NCBI GenBank assembly: GCA_963669175.1
Contig: OY769902.1
Coordinates: forward strand, 4,864,001-4,928,000
Reading direction: 5' to 3'
Length of the DNA: 64,000 nucleotides
From: a bacterium
GTDB taxonomy: Bacteria > Electryoneota > Electryoneia > Electryoneales > Electryoneaceae
Shown piece after piece: positions 51,154 through 60,913 of the stretch. Under the pieces are notes generated by a model that saw only the letters and a program-made list of their open reading frames with translations, made no database searches and had not been told where the DNA came from. The position numbers and the translations under genes are program-made. Numbering within the stretch: the first letter of the stretch is position 1; every line of letters begins with the position of its first letter.

Positions 51154-51450
51154 TCAGGAAAGAATCCTGGTAAACCAATCGTCAAACAGTGATTGTAATG
51201 TGGTATCGTCATTGATTTCCGGGTCACGTTCTACAACATCCCAGGAATAGGGTTCATTCTGGCATACCGATTTCACTGACTGCAACAACCTGTTTGGCAG
51301 TATGTCATGAAATTCCAATGGTGTAATGACCAGGATTTTCTTTTCAGATAACAAATCCCAGCCGCCGGCCCCCTCTACATCAATCCGAATTTTTGCCAGT
51401 ACGTCAAGAAAGGCCGCCTTGGCATTCTCCATCGTCAGCTCTTTCGCCAT
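51154..51450 (-). CDS. Small hypothetical protein
   Basis: GGGAG RBS before MAKELT; directly upstream of 49934-51142. Confidence 0.55.
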   Translation of the reverse strand: MAKELTMENAKAAFLDVLAKIRIDVEGAGGWDLLSEKKILVITPLEFHDILPNRLLQSVKSVCQNEPYSWDVVERDPEINDDTTLQSLFDDWFTRILS

Positions 51451-51716
51451 TTTTCTTTCTCCCTTTAACCTCACTGAATATCACCTGTTAGTAACTCCCC
51501 TTACCCGCTAGGATAACCTAACATCATTGCTGACACAAGCTAACTTTCGCAAAATTTTCATATTTTGAGAGACTGCCATATTAAGGAACTGTCCCATCAG
51601 ATTGAATGGAAAAATGGACTCATTTCACAGGCTATGATTGCATGCATGAACGAGTCACACTACTTTATTTTGATCAAGCCTTCACACAGTGGCCGACTAC
51701 TTTACAACGGTGCCCC

Positions 51717-54131
51717 ATGTTCAACAGCCGCCTCTTCTTCCGCACAGTCCGCAGAAACCGGTTTTTTACGCTGGTCAACATTGTAGGGCTGACACTGGGT
51801 TTCGGCGTATTCATGTACGCCATGTTGCTGGTCCGATTTGAAAGCAGCTATGACCGGCACATTCCTGATGCAGATCGTATCTATCGTGTCAATACGCAGT
51901 ACACCAGTCCGCAAGGTATAGAAATCACCTCACCCCTTACGGCAGATGGAGTTTGCCCGGTTCTCGCTGAATCCATCCACCAAATTGAACAGGCGTGCAA
52001 TATCTGGTTTCTTCATGAACGAACCCCGCTTCGCCATGAGGACAAGCGCTTTATCGAAGAAGAAATCGCGTATGTTGATCCTGCGTTCCTTGAGATGCTC
52101 GCTGTTGATCTGCATGGTGTATCTGCTGCTGAAGCACTGAAAGATCCATCCGCAATTCTGGTGTCCGAAACAGTTGCAGCGAAATACTTCGGCACTGCTG
52201 ATCCAGTGGGCAAAATCATGATTAAGGATATGGATGAATCCATGCGTGTTGCCGGTGTGTTCACACCTGATCCATTGCCAAGTCATTTACGTGAGGTTGA
52301 CTTCTACTGCCCGCTCACCTATCTCGAATATGAACCATCCGCAGTATGGAAAAACGAAGACAACACTACCTATATCAAGCTGATTGAAGGAGCAACAGTT
52401 GCTGATATTGAGGGTGCAGTCCGTGCGGTAACAGCTAACCATGTGTCCCCGGAACGGCTGGCTAACGGCTACGAGTTGCAGTTCGAACCCATTCGAGATA
52501 TTCACCTCTATTCCACTCTTTCTTCCATCTGGGGAAGCGCCCAGAAGCATGAAACTCGTGTGCTGGACTCGCTTCTGTTCCTTGGCTTTGCCGGTGTGCT
52601 GACACTGCTGGCCGGATGCCTGAACTATGTCAACCTGGCCCTCGCGCAGGGGACACAACGCAGCCGTCAGGTGGGTATCCTGAAAGTGCTGGGCAATTCA
52701 AAGCAGATGATCTTCAGTCACTTCATGATAGAATCTGTCCTGCAAACTCTGCTGGCAGTCGGATTCGCGTTTGTATTACTGGAAGTCGCCTTGCCGTGGC
52801 TGAATGATTTGTCAGGGATTAGCTTATCATTGGCCACGATCAATGTTCCCCTTTTCGTTACATCCATGATCATGTGTAGCGTTCTGATCGGTTTTCTGGC
52901 TGGTTTGTATCCTGCGCTGGTGACTTCAAGGTTCCAGCCGTCTATGATTATGTCGGGACATACTGCATTCGGTAATCGTTCCGGATGGCTACGAACCTCG
53001 CTTGTGTTCGTACAATTCCTGACTGTATCCGTTCTCCTTGCCACTTCCCTGCTCATGTGGCGTCAATTGGCTTACATGACTAAAAACACGACCGACGCAG
53101 ACAACGAACGTCTGCTGGTGATGACAATCCCCATGAGCCGGATGCGGTTGTCCTTTGATCCGGTTCACACTGCGATTCGTGACCAGTTGGAATGTTTGCC
53201 CGGTGTTGTTTCAATGGCAAGCAGTGATCGTCTGCCTTTCCTGTATGATGTACCTATGGCGCTCGCCACAGCTTCCGGCGATTCATCGATCCTGGTTCAT
53301 ACCATCGGAGGAGGCGATCATTACATCGAATCGTTGGGATTAAACCTCATCGCGGGACATTCCTTTGCGGATGAAGCGGTTGCGTCTGTTCAGAACGCCA
53401 TTATCCTGAACCAGCGTGCAGCGGCTTCTTTGGGCGGAGTTGAATCCATAGGACGCACATTCTACAACAGCTATCCCAATTCGGGAGAAGATCCGGAGGA
53501 ACGTGTGGTGGTTGGGATTGTGGAAGATTTTCACCTGCAATCCAAGCATAACACCATCCCGGCTGTCATGTTGGAAAGACAATCCTATTACGCTGCATAT
53601 TATCTGCTCAGGATCAACAAGGACCGGCAGGCGAGTGTTGTGTTAGGGATAAACCGTGCCTGGAAAGAAGCCGGATTGGAAACCTGCCCCGATATTCAGT
53701 TTTTGTCAGACATTGAGCTGGCGTCATATCGCTCGGACCGTCATCTGCAAAGCCTGTTGCAGCTATTCACCACGGTTCTGCTGGTCATCGCCACCATCGG
53801 CCTGCTGGCGATGTCGTTGAATACGGTCAACCAACGCCAGTCGGAAATCGCTATCCGTAAAGTGTTCGGCGCAGAAGCCCCGGTGTTGCTTGTAATGATC
53901 CTGGGCAACTTCCTGCGTCCGGTGATTCTTGCTAACCTTCTGGCGATTATCCCGGCGATAGTCATCATGCAACGCTGGCTGATGCACTTCGCCTATCATG
54001 TGGAAATCGGACCGGTACCGTTTCTGGCCGTTACGCTGTTTTCGCTGATTCTGGCAACACTGGCTGTACTGGTGCAGGTGCTGAAACTGGTTCGAACCAA
54101 TCCGGTGAAGTTGTTGCGTCAGACAACGTAG
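51717..54131 (+). CDS. Double-length MacB/FtsX-type ABC permease with no adjacent ATPase
   Basis: Two MacB-PCD/FtsX halves; NYVNL..RSRQVGILKVLG and QRQSEIAIRKVFGA motifs; start MFNSRLFF chosen. Confidence 0.9.
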   Translation: MFNSRLFFRTVRRNRFFTLVNIVGLTLGFGVFMYAMLLVRFESSYDRHIPDADRIYRVNTQYTSPQGIEITSPLTADGVCPVLAESIHQIEQACNIWFLHERTPLRHEDKRFIEEEIAYVDPAFLEMLAVDLHGVSAAEALKDPSAILVSETVAAKYFGTADPVGKIMIKDMDESMRVAGVFTPDPLPSHLREVDFYCPLTYLEYEPSAVWKNEDNTTYIKLIEGATVADIEGAVRAVTANHVSPERLANGYELQFEPIRDIHLYSTLSSIWGSAQKHETRVLDSLLFLGFAGVLTLLAGCLNYVNLALAQGTQRSRQVGILKVLGNSKQMIFSHFMIESVLQTLLAVGFAFVLLEVALPWLNDLSGISLSLATINVPLFVTSMIMCSVLIGFLAGLYPALVTSRFQPSMIMSGHTAFGNRSGWLRTSLVFVQFLTVSVLLATSLLMWRQLAYMTKNTTDADNERLLVMTIPMSRMRLSFDPVHTAIRDQLECLPGVVSMASSDRLPFLYDVPMALATASGDSSILVHTIGGGDHYIESLGLNLIAGHSFADEAVASVQNAIILNQRAAASLGGVESIGRTFYNSYPNSGEDPEERVVVGIVEDFHLQSKHNTIPAVMLERQSYYAAYYLLRINKDRQASVVLGINRAWKEAGLETCPDIQFLSDIELASYRSDRHLQSLLQLFTTVLLVIATIGLLAMSLNTVNQRQSEIAIRKVFGAEAPVLLVMILGNFLRPVILANLLAIIPAIVIMQRWLMHFAYHVEIGPVPFLAVTLFSLILATLAVLVQVLKLVRTNPVKLLRQTT

Positions 54132-54144
54132 TTTGCGTTTCTAA

Positions 54145-54277
54145 TGGCCCCGTCCGGCTTGAAATACGCCATAGCTTGCAACACTATTGGCCCCGTCCGG
54201 CTTGCCCGGCGGGGTCTATTCTAAATAGATAGAAGAATACGTCCACTTGTTGTAATCTAATTTATTCCAAGAAGTTA
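54145..54277 (+). repeat. Palindromic dispersed element, copy E
   Basis: TGGCCCCGTCCGGCTTG x2, CCCGGCGGGGTCTATT...TCCACTTGT..TCTAATTTATTCCAAGAAGTTA. Confidence 0.85.
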
Positions 54278-54363
54278 TTCCGCTCGTGGTTTACTCGCCG
54301 GACCGAGGACAGTCCGGGCTACACAATACTCCTACACCAGACTACGCCAAGCGATATCGCAGA

Positions 54364-54966
54364 TCAGGAATGCTTCAACTTCACCCCGTTGAGCAGACCA
54401 AAGTGTACCTTGCAGGCGGTCACCAGGTCTTCCGGGTAGACACGTTCCCCAAGGACCACCTCACGATAAGCCTGCGCCATCTGGAAACTGGCGACAGGAT
54501 AGGACAGTTTCCCCACGCCGGTACCTAACCCCGGAATCGCTACGCTTTTGATCGCCGGTTGATCCGTATGAGTTATCGCCGAGATCAGGATGGCTTTCAT
54601 GCAGAGATAAGCGTTGACCGTACCGGCGATGTTTTCCGGGACACGCATGGTAGGAGCGCTGATCAGCCAGGGAATTTTCGTATCATGCGTCGGTACCATA
54701 AGCGTTTCCCCGACCAGCAGTTCCTGCATGGGTCGCGCACGGATCGCTTCCTGCGCCCGCTTCTCCAGGTCCCAGCCAAACCGGTACGAGATAGCCAGAT
54801 CCAGCCCGCCATCCATAAAACCGAACGAGTTCGCCGGGCTCACAATCGCATCAACATCCAACGTACAGATGTCGGCGCTTACAATCTCGACCTGATCCAG
54901 CCCGTGGAAATCCTGTCGCCAGCAATCCAGCAGACTCTCGTTCAGGTCTGTAAGGAGAATTTTCAT
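54364..54966 (-). CDS. Macrodomain (ADP-ribose processing) protein
   Basis: DIC..VDAIVSPANSFGFMDGGLD, LISAPTMRVP and SVAIPGLGTGVG motifs. Confidence 0.9.
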   Translation of the reverse strand: MKILLTDLNESLLDCWRQDFHGLDQVEIVSADICTLDVDAIVSPANSFGFMDGGLDLAISYRFGWDLEKRAQEAIRARPMQELLVGETLMVPTHDTKIPWLISAPTMRVPENIAGTVNAYLCMKAILISAITHTDQPAIKSVAIPGLGTGVGKLSYPVASFQMAQAYREVVLGERVYPEDLVTACKVHFGLLNGVKLKHS

Positions 54967-55010
54967 ACCCCCCCCCGAATCACACTTGCACAAGAATAAC
55001 TTGCCCCACT

Positions 55011-55155
55011 GTAGCTTGCAACACTCTTGGCCCCGCCGGCTTGAAACACGCCGTAGCTTGCGAAGGCGGTTGCCCGGCGGGGTTTATTATAATTAGATAA
55101 AAGGGTGCATCCACTTGTAGTATTCTAATTTATTCCAAGAAGTTAGTCCTTCAGT
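55011..55155 (+). repeat. Palindromic dispersed element, copy F
   Basis: TAGCTTGCAACACT-C-TTGGCCCCGCCGGCTTGAAACACGCCGTAGCTTGCGAAGGCGGTTGCCCGGCGGGGTTTATT...TCTAATTTATTCCAAGAAGTTAGTCCTTCAGT. Confidence 0.88.
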
Positions 55156-55198
55156 TGTAAAAATCATATTCAGAGAAGCAAGTCCACACGTAGTAAGA

Positions 55199-55714
55199 TC
55201 ACCAGGGATCATCCATCTTCAACGGATCTGCTTCACCTGTGAGCCAGAAGCGCGCGCTCGACCATCGCCACTGTTCAGCCTCTTCCACCAGTTCACGCTT
55301 CACCGGATTGTTATGCATGTAGTTGATCATATGGTGAACCGCATCACGCGTTGTAACAGGCTTATCATAGCCATGCCCAGGTGTCCAGAACCTGCGTTTC
55401 GTACGTTTCCCTTCTTTTACAGTGTACAGGGGTTTCAACTCAGGAAAACGCTCGTCCAACCAGTTCAGCGCGTGAAAGGCAAACGGGCGACGTATCCCAT
55501 TCAGAATCTCTGAGATCGTCACTTCAGGAGATGCATCCAGAAGCAGGTGTACGTGATTGGGCATGACGACAAACCCAAATAACTTGAAGTGATAGCGTTC
55601 TCTTGCCTTTTGCAATTGATCGATGAACAGGGTATAGAGAGGTTCACCCTTGAACAACCACTGCTTGTTGAAGCAGGAGAAGGTAAGGTAATGCGCGGGT
55701 GTTAGGGCGGACAT
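55199..55714 (-). mobile_element. REP-associated tyrosine transposase (RAYT; IS200-like Y1 HUH nuclease)
   Basis: HYLTFSC, HUH motif GFVVMPNHVHLL, RFW, NYMHNNPVK..LV and WRWSSA. Confidence 0.88.
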
Positions 55715-55893
55715 GATTTCTCTTTCAACTTTGAATTGCCTTACGAACAAACACAAGATAGACAACCTAATTTATTATATTACTGCAATTTACAAAGCCA
55801 ATATTGTGTAGCACAAAAACAGCTTGGCATTTTCTTGAAAATAGTGAATACTAGAAGTATATTCAAAGCAAGTTGATTGAAAGGAGCTTTCTC

Positions 55894-56862
55894 GTGACTG
55901 AAATTCAAGTTGTTGATGACCAATACTCATACGACGATGCAAATGAATTTTTCACAGACACGTTATTACACAATATAATCAATAAACATAATCTACGAGA
56001 TGCTGATTCTGTTATATTCAGAGGTCAAGCAAACGCATCATGGCATTTGGTCCCTAGTGCATGTAGAAGACTGGGCCTTCAAAAATTACTGAAAATTTGT
56101 TTTCCCGAAAAGATTACATGTGACTATTCAGATGATAATCCATCTACATTATCAATAATTGAAAAGGAAATTGGTTTCTCAATTGAAGAGGATGGCGGAA
56201 AATTTATCACTGATTGCGAGCAATATGCTTTAGCAAAATTCATTCTCTCAGCAGATCAATATGGTCTTGATTTATATGATCTTTCATCAGAAATAAAATC
56301 ATTACTTATGGAAATAGTCGACACAACAAAACATGGTGTAATACCAATAAATACAACAGATAATCTAATTTTTGATCCTACTTTTGACCCCCTATTTGCC
56401 CTTGCACAACATCATGGTATTCCAACACGATTGTTAGATTGGTCTAGGTCACCCCACATTGCTGCATATTTCGCGGCCAGTACAGCTTTAAACAATAACA
56501 ATAAAGAAGATATTGCCTTGTGGGTTATGAATATTGATAGAGCAAATTACTCTTCCTCGGCCAATGGTTTTCGTATCATTCAAGTTCCATATAGAAATAA
56601 TATTAATCTTAGAGCACAGCAAGGATTATTCTTATTTAAATATGGAATAAAACAGAAGATCAAGGAAGATTATGAAGGATTTGACATGCATTATTCAAAC
56701 TCAAAAGAATGTCCAGTAATAGAGAAGCCTATGTTCCTCAAGTACACACTCAAGTTTAGTGAAGTCGAAAATTTATTAAGTATTCTTAATATGAATAATA
56801 TAAATCGTGCTACTATATTCCCCGGTTTGGATAATATTGCACAACATATATATGAATATTGA
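55894..56862 (+). CDS. FRG-domain protein (AT-rich, probably acquired)
   Basis: IFRGQ, LAQHHGIPTRLLDWSRSPHIAAYFA, AQQGLF and TIFPGLD motifs; visibly AT-rich; GTG after AAGGAG. Confidence 0.9.
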   Translation: MTEIQVVDDQYSYDDANEFFTDTLLHNIINKHNLRDADSVIFRGQANASWHLVPSACRRLGLQKLLKICFPEKITCDYSDDNPSTLSIIEKEIGFSIEEDGGKFITDCEQYALAKFILSADQYGLDLYDLSSEIKSLLMEIVDTTKHGVIPINTTDNLIFDPTFDPLFALAQHHGIPTRLLDWSRSPHIAAYFAASTALNNNNKEDIALWVMNIDRANYSSSANGFRIIQVPYRNNINLRAQQGLFLFKYGIKQKIKEDYEGFDMHYSNSKECPVIEKPMFLKYTLKFSEVENLLSILNMNNINRATIFPGLDNIAQHIYEY

Positions 56863-56908
56863 ACATTTGGATTTTTTCGTGCTTTAATGTAGCATTTGAG
56901 GAGGAACT

Positions 56909-57000
56909 ACTGAAGGACGAACTCTCTAATCTAATAATAATAGACCCCGCCGGGCAACCGCCTTCGCAAGCTACGGCATGTTTCAAGCCGGCGGGGCCAA
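56909..57000 (-). repeat. Palindromic dispersed element, copy G (inverted relative to F)
   Basis: 56939-57000 is the reverse complement of 55027-55088 with two mismatches. Confidence 0.9.
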
Positions 57001-57024
57001 TTGTGTATTAAGCTTTGTAAGCGT

Positions 57025-57058
57025 AAAAAAGGGCTGACCGAATAAGGACAGCCCTTTT
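57025..57058. terminator. Probably bidirectional terminator after ppdK
   Basis: AAAAAAGGGCTG...CAGCCCTTTT. Confidence 0.7.
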
Positions 57059-57110
57059 CACATCAATCGAAAGACTGATTCCAGAAAAGAATCAATCCGT
57101 TTTCAATCGT

Positions 57111-59840
57111 TTAGTCTTCCAGTGCAGCGCGTGCCGCGGCGAAGCGGGCGATCGGTACACGGAAGGGCGAGCAGGACACGTAGTCCAGGCCGACCTTGTG
57201 GAAGAAGTGGATCGAATCCGGGTCGCCGCCGTGCTCACCGCAGACGCCCAGGTGGAAATGATCTTCCGGCTTCTTCACGGCTTTCGCCTTGTCGACCGCG
57301 ATCTTCACCAAACCGCCAACACCTGCCTGATCGATGGACTGGAACGGATCCTTCTTGTAGATGCCCAGTTCGACATACTGTGGCAGGAAAGTTCCGGAGT
57401 CGTCACGGCTGAAGCCGCAACCCATCTGGGTCAGGTCGTTGGTGCCGAAGCTGAAGAATTCTGCGTGCTGTGCGATCTCATCGGCTGTTACCGCTGCGCG
57501 CGGTACTTCGATCATGGTGCCGACCTTGTAGTCGAGTTCAGGAAGGTTCTTCTCTTCCTTGACCTTGGCTGCGACTTCGTGTACGATCTTCGCCTGGTTC
57601 TCGAGTTCACGAGCATTGCCAACCAACGGAATCATGATCTCGGGATGGACTTCCACACCTTCCGCGGTCAACTGCGCGGCCGCTTCGAGGATCGCGGTGG
57701 CCTGCATCCGGGTCACTTCCGGCATCGAGATGCCGAGACGGCAACCACGGTGTCCGAGCATCGGGTTGAACTCGTGCAACTGGACGATGCGTTCCTTGAC
57801 CTGTGCAGCGTCCACACCCAATTCAGACGCGATCTCGTTGATCTTCTCGTCGTCTTCCATCGGGGGCAGGAACTCGTGAAGCGGCGGATCCAGGGTACGG
57901 ATGGTCACGCAGAACGGGCTCATCGCCTTCAGGATACCGTAGAAGTCATCACGCTGGAAAGGCAGCAGCTTGGCCAGTGCCTTTTCACGTGCTTCGGTGG
58001 TGTCGGACAGAATCATGGTCCGCATAGCCTTGATGCGTTCTTCGCCGAAGAACATGTGCTCGGTACGAGTCAGGCCGATGCCCTGGGCACCGAACTTACG
58101 TGCCAGCGCGGCGTCGTGCGGGTTGTCAGCGTTGGTACGGACACCCAGCTTACGAGTTTTGTCGGCGATTTCCATCAGCTTCTTGTACCACTGGTTGCTA
58201 TCGGGATCGGCATCCGCGACCGGCATCTTTTCGCCGTAGACAATACCCTTGGTACCGTTCAGGCTGATCCAGTCACCTTCCTTGTAGGTCTTGCCCTTGA
58301 CGGTCATGGTGCGGTTCTTGTAGTCGATATCGAGCGCAGAGCAACCTACGATACAGGTCTTGCCCCAACCACGTGCGACCAGGGCGGCGTGGGAGGTCAT
58401 ACCACCACGTGCGGTCAGAATACCCTTGGCCGCGCTCATGCCGTCCACATCTTCCGGGCTGGTTTCGAGACGGACCAGGACCAGTTCTTCCTTCGGGTTG
58501 GCCTTGACCATCTTGTGGGCACGTTCGGCGTTGAACACGATCTTGCCAACTGCGCCGCCGGGGCCTGCCGGGAGACCCTTCGCGATCTTGGTCGCGGTCT
58601 TCTCTTCGACCGGGTCCAGCATCGGGTGCAAGAGTTCGTCGATCTGGTCTGGTTTCACGCGCTTCAGCGCGGTGACTTCGTCGATCAGACCTTCATCCAG
58701 CATGTCCATGGCCATACGAACCGCGGCGAGACCGTTGCGCTTGCCAACGCGGGTCTGCAGCATCCAAAGACGGCCCTTCTCGATGGTGAACTCGAGGTCC
58801 TGCATGTCGTTGTAGTGGTGCTCAAGGCGGTCACGGATCCCGACCAACTGCTTGTACAGGTCGGGGCTCTTTTCCTCGAGGCTGGGCAGCATGTCATTCT
58901 GACCGGCCTGCTTGCAGTAGTTGTTCAGGGCGTTCGGGGTACGGATACCCGCGACGACGTCTTCACCCTGCGCGTTGATCAGCCATTCACCGTAGAAATG
59001 CGGGTCGCCAGTGGCGGGGTCGCGTGTGAAGGCAACGCCTGTGGCGCTGTCATCGCCCATGTTCCCGAAGACCATGGTTTGTACGTTGACCGCTGTGCCC
59101 CAGTCATCGGGCAGGTTTTCAATGCGGCGGTAGGCGATGGCGCGACGACCGAACCAGGACTGGAATACGGCGCCGATGCCGCCCCAGAGCTGCTCCCACG
59201 GATCATCCGGGAAGTCCTTGCCCAATACTTCCTTCACCTTGGCCTTGTAGTCTTCGCAAAGCTGCTTCAGGTCTTCGGCGGTCAGGTCGGTGTCAACCTT
59301 GTAGCCCTTTTCGTCCTTCACCTTGTCCATCAGCATTTCGAGCTGGGGACGGACGGCCATTTCTTCGTCTTCGTATTCGATACCAACGGCCTTCTCCATC
59401 ACCACGTCACTGTACATGGTGATCAGGCGACGGTAAGCGTCGTACACAAAACGTTCGTCACCGCTCAGCTTGATCATGCCGGGGATGGTGGCGCTGCAGA
59501 GACCGACGTTCAGGACGGTTTCCATCATGCCGGGCATGGACTGACGTGCGCCGGAACGAACGCTGACCAGCAGCGGGTTTTCCGGATCGCCAAACGTCTT
59601 GCCCATAATGGCTTCCACACCGGCCATGGCTTCCTTGGTCTGCTGGACGGCATCATCCGGCAGCTTGTTGCCATTTTCAAAAAAGACAAGGTTGGTTTCG
59701 GTGGTCAGCGTGAATCCCGGGGGTACCGGAATATTCAGACTGGTCATTTCCGCCAGGTTGGCGCCCTTGCCACCCAACAGGTTCTTCATGTCTGCGGAAC
59801 CATCGGCCTTGCCATCGCCGAAGAAATAAACGTGCTTCAC
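57111..59840 (-). CDS. ppdK: Pyruvate, phosphate dikinase
   Basis: LLGGKGANLAEM, VSVRSGA..SMPGMM, GGMTSHAA (phospho-His), FSFGTNDLTQ and GVCGEHGG motifs. Confidence 0.98.
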   Translation of the reverse strand: MKHVYFFGDGKADGSADMKNLLGGKGANLAEMTSLNIPVPPGFTLTTETNLVFFENGNKLPDDAVQQTKEAMAGVEAIMGKTFGDPENPLLVSVRSGARQSMPGMMETVLNVGLCSATIPGMIKLSGDERFVYDAYRRLITMYSDVVMEKAVGIEYEDEEMAVRPQLEMLMDKVKDEKGYKVDTDLTAEDLKQLCEDYKAKVKEVLGKDFPDDPWEQLWGGIGAVFQSWFGRRAIAYRRIENLPDDWGTAVNVQTMVFGNMGDDSATGVAFTRDPATGDPHFYGEWLINAQGEDVVAGIRTPNALNNYCKQAGQNDMLPSLEEKSPDLYKQLVGIRDRLEHHYNDMQDLEFTIEKGRLWMLQTRVGKRNGLAAVRMAMDMLDEGLIDEVTALKRVKPDQIDELLHPMLDPVEEKTATKIAKGLPAGPGGAVGKIVFNAERAHKMVKANPKEELVLVRLETSPEDVDGMSAAKGILTARGGMTSHAALVARGWGKTCIVGCSALDIDYKNRTMTVKGKTYKEGDWISLNGTKGIVYGEKMPVADADPDSNQWYKKLMEIADKTRKLGVRTNADNPHDAALARKFGAQGIGLTRTEHMFFGEERIKAMRTMILSDTTEAREKALAKLLPFQRDDFYGILKAMSPFCVTIRTLDPPLHEFLPPMEDDEKINEIASELGVDAAQVKERIVQLHEFNPMLGHRGCRLGISMPEVTRMQATAILEAAAQLTAEGVEVHPEIMIPLVGNARELENQAKIVHEVAAKVKEEKNLPELDYKVGTMIEVPRAAVTADEIAQHAEFFSFGTNDLTQMGCGFSRDDSGTFLPQYVELGIYKKDPFQSIDQAGVGGLVKIAVDKAKAVKKPEDHFHLGVCGEHGGDPDSIHFFHKVGLDYVSCSPFRVPIARFAAARAALED

Positions 59841-59960
59841 TGTAATCCTCCTGACTGTTACGCCGGTCCTCGGATCCTTCTCCCGTATTGTATGCGGAAC
59901 CGGCTTACTCGTTATGTCTATCGTTAGTCTTCTTTTACTACTTTCCTCTCCTCTTGCCTC

Positions 59961-60138
59961 ACAGGATAGTAGGATAAAAGGATATCAAGGATATATATTT
60001 TTAAGTTTGAAAGTTTAAAAGTTATAAAGTTAATTAATCTTTAACACACAATCATATCTTACGATATCATGAGAAAGCTTCCACTCAAACCAATTCCTAA
60101 TTCCTAATTCCTCATTTCTAATTCCTAATTACTAATTC
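59961..60138 (-). repeat. 9-/8-/7-bp tandem ladder in reverse orientation
   Basis: AGGATA-core nonamers, AAAGTTTA octamers and AATTCCT heptamers. Confidence 0.75.
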
Positions 60139-60156
60139 TGTTCCCATTCTTAATTT

Positions 60157-60912
60157 TTATTTGAGAAGCCTTCCGCTGACCGAAAGTCTCCCCCAGAACA
60201 CAAAGTGGTCAGGGTTGACCGAACGCATCGGTACAAAGGTCGCGGTGAAGCTTGGCGTGACCGTATATTCGAAATATTCCAGTGGCATTGATACACCAAG
60301 ATTGACATCCGAGACGCCCTTTTCATCTTCACCGTTAACGATCAACGGCCATTCCTGCCCCATCAGGCCGACACTGGCGTTGGCAATAACCGGGACGCCA
60401 CTCGCTTCCAATAACTGGGTCGAAGCATATCCCTGGATGTAGGGACCATTCCCGCCCTTGTCATTAAAATCCCAGAACAGCATCACACCGGGACTATAAG
60501 GTGCGTTTACAAAGGTCATTCCACCATAGATTTCATAGGTGGAACTGTACGGATCAGACCAGCCATCCTGAGTGTAGTAGCCCAGGTAAAACAGGCCGCC
60601 GGTCAGGTTCACTCCCTCACTGACCAAACCGTTCCATTCCGCGATCAACTGGATCTCGTCCATAATCGCCGTATGGGGACGATCCGCCAAGGCCCAGGAA
60701 AACCAGGCTTTGGTCATTAAACCGGACTCGCCGATTGTCCACATGGCCGAGGGTTGAAATGCCGGTCTTCCACCGATATTATGGAATCCACGGAACATGT
60801 AATCGGACACGGCCGATGCATCCCAGGTAACCTCCGCCTGCGCACTGAACGGCAGCAAACTTACCATCATCAGAATGGCAAAAACTGCGAAAAATAGTCT
60901 CTGTTTACGCAC
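60157..60912 (-). CDS. Putative outer-membrane beta-barrel/porin
   Basis: GTG after CAGGAG; signal peptide; SDYMFRG..PAFQP start typical of TorF/TIGR02001-like proteins. Confidence 0.65.
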   Translation of the reverse strand: MRKQRLFFAVFAILMMVSLLPFSAQAEVTWDASAVSDYMFRGFHNIGGRPAFQPSAMWTIGESGLMTKAWFSWALADRPHTAIMDEIQLIAEWNGLVSEGVNLTGGLFYLGYYTQDGWSDPYSSTYEIYGGMTFVNAPYSPGVMLFWDFNDKGGNGPYIQGYASTQLLEASGVPVIANASVGLMGQEWPLIVNGEDEKGVSDVNLGVSMPLEYFEYTVTPSFTATFVPMRSVNPDHFVFWGRLSVSGRLLK

Positions 60913-60913
60913 G

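Noticed and set aside
55199-55714. Classical IS200/IS605 element with tnpB
   Set aside because: No tnpB is adjacent. The NPVK..LV and WRWSS motifs and the inverted palindromic flanks fit a RAYT better.
57198-59927. 909-aa ORF antisense to ppdK, the same length as PpdK
   Set aside because: Shadow ORF explained by the strong codon bias of ppdK. It has no protein motifs, and the equal length appears coincidental.
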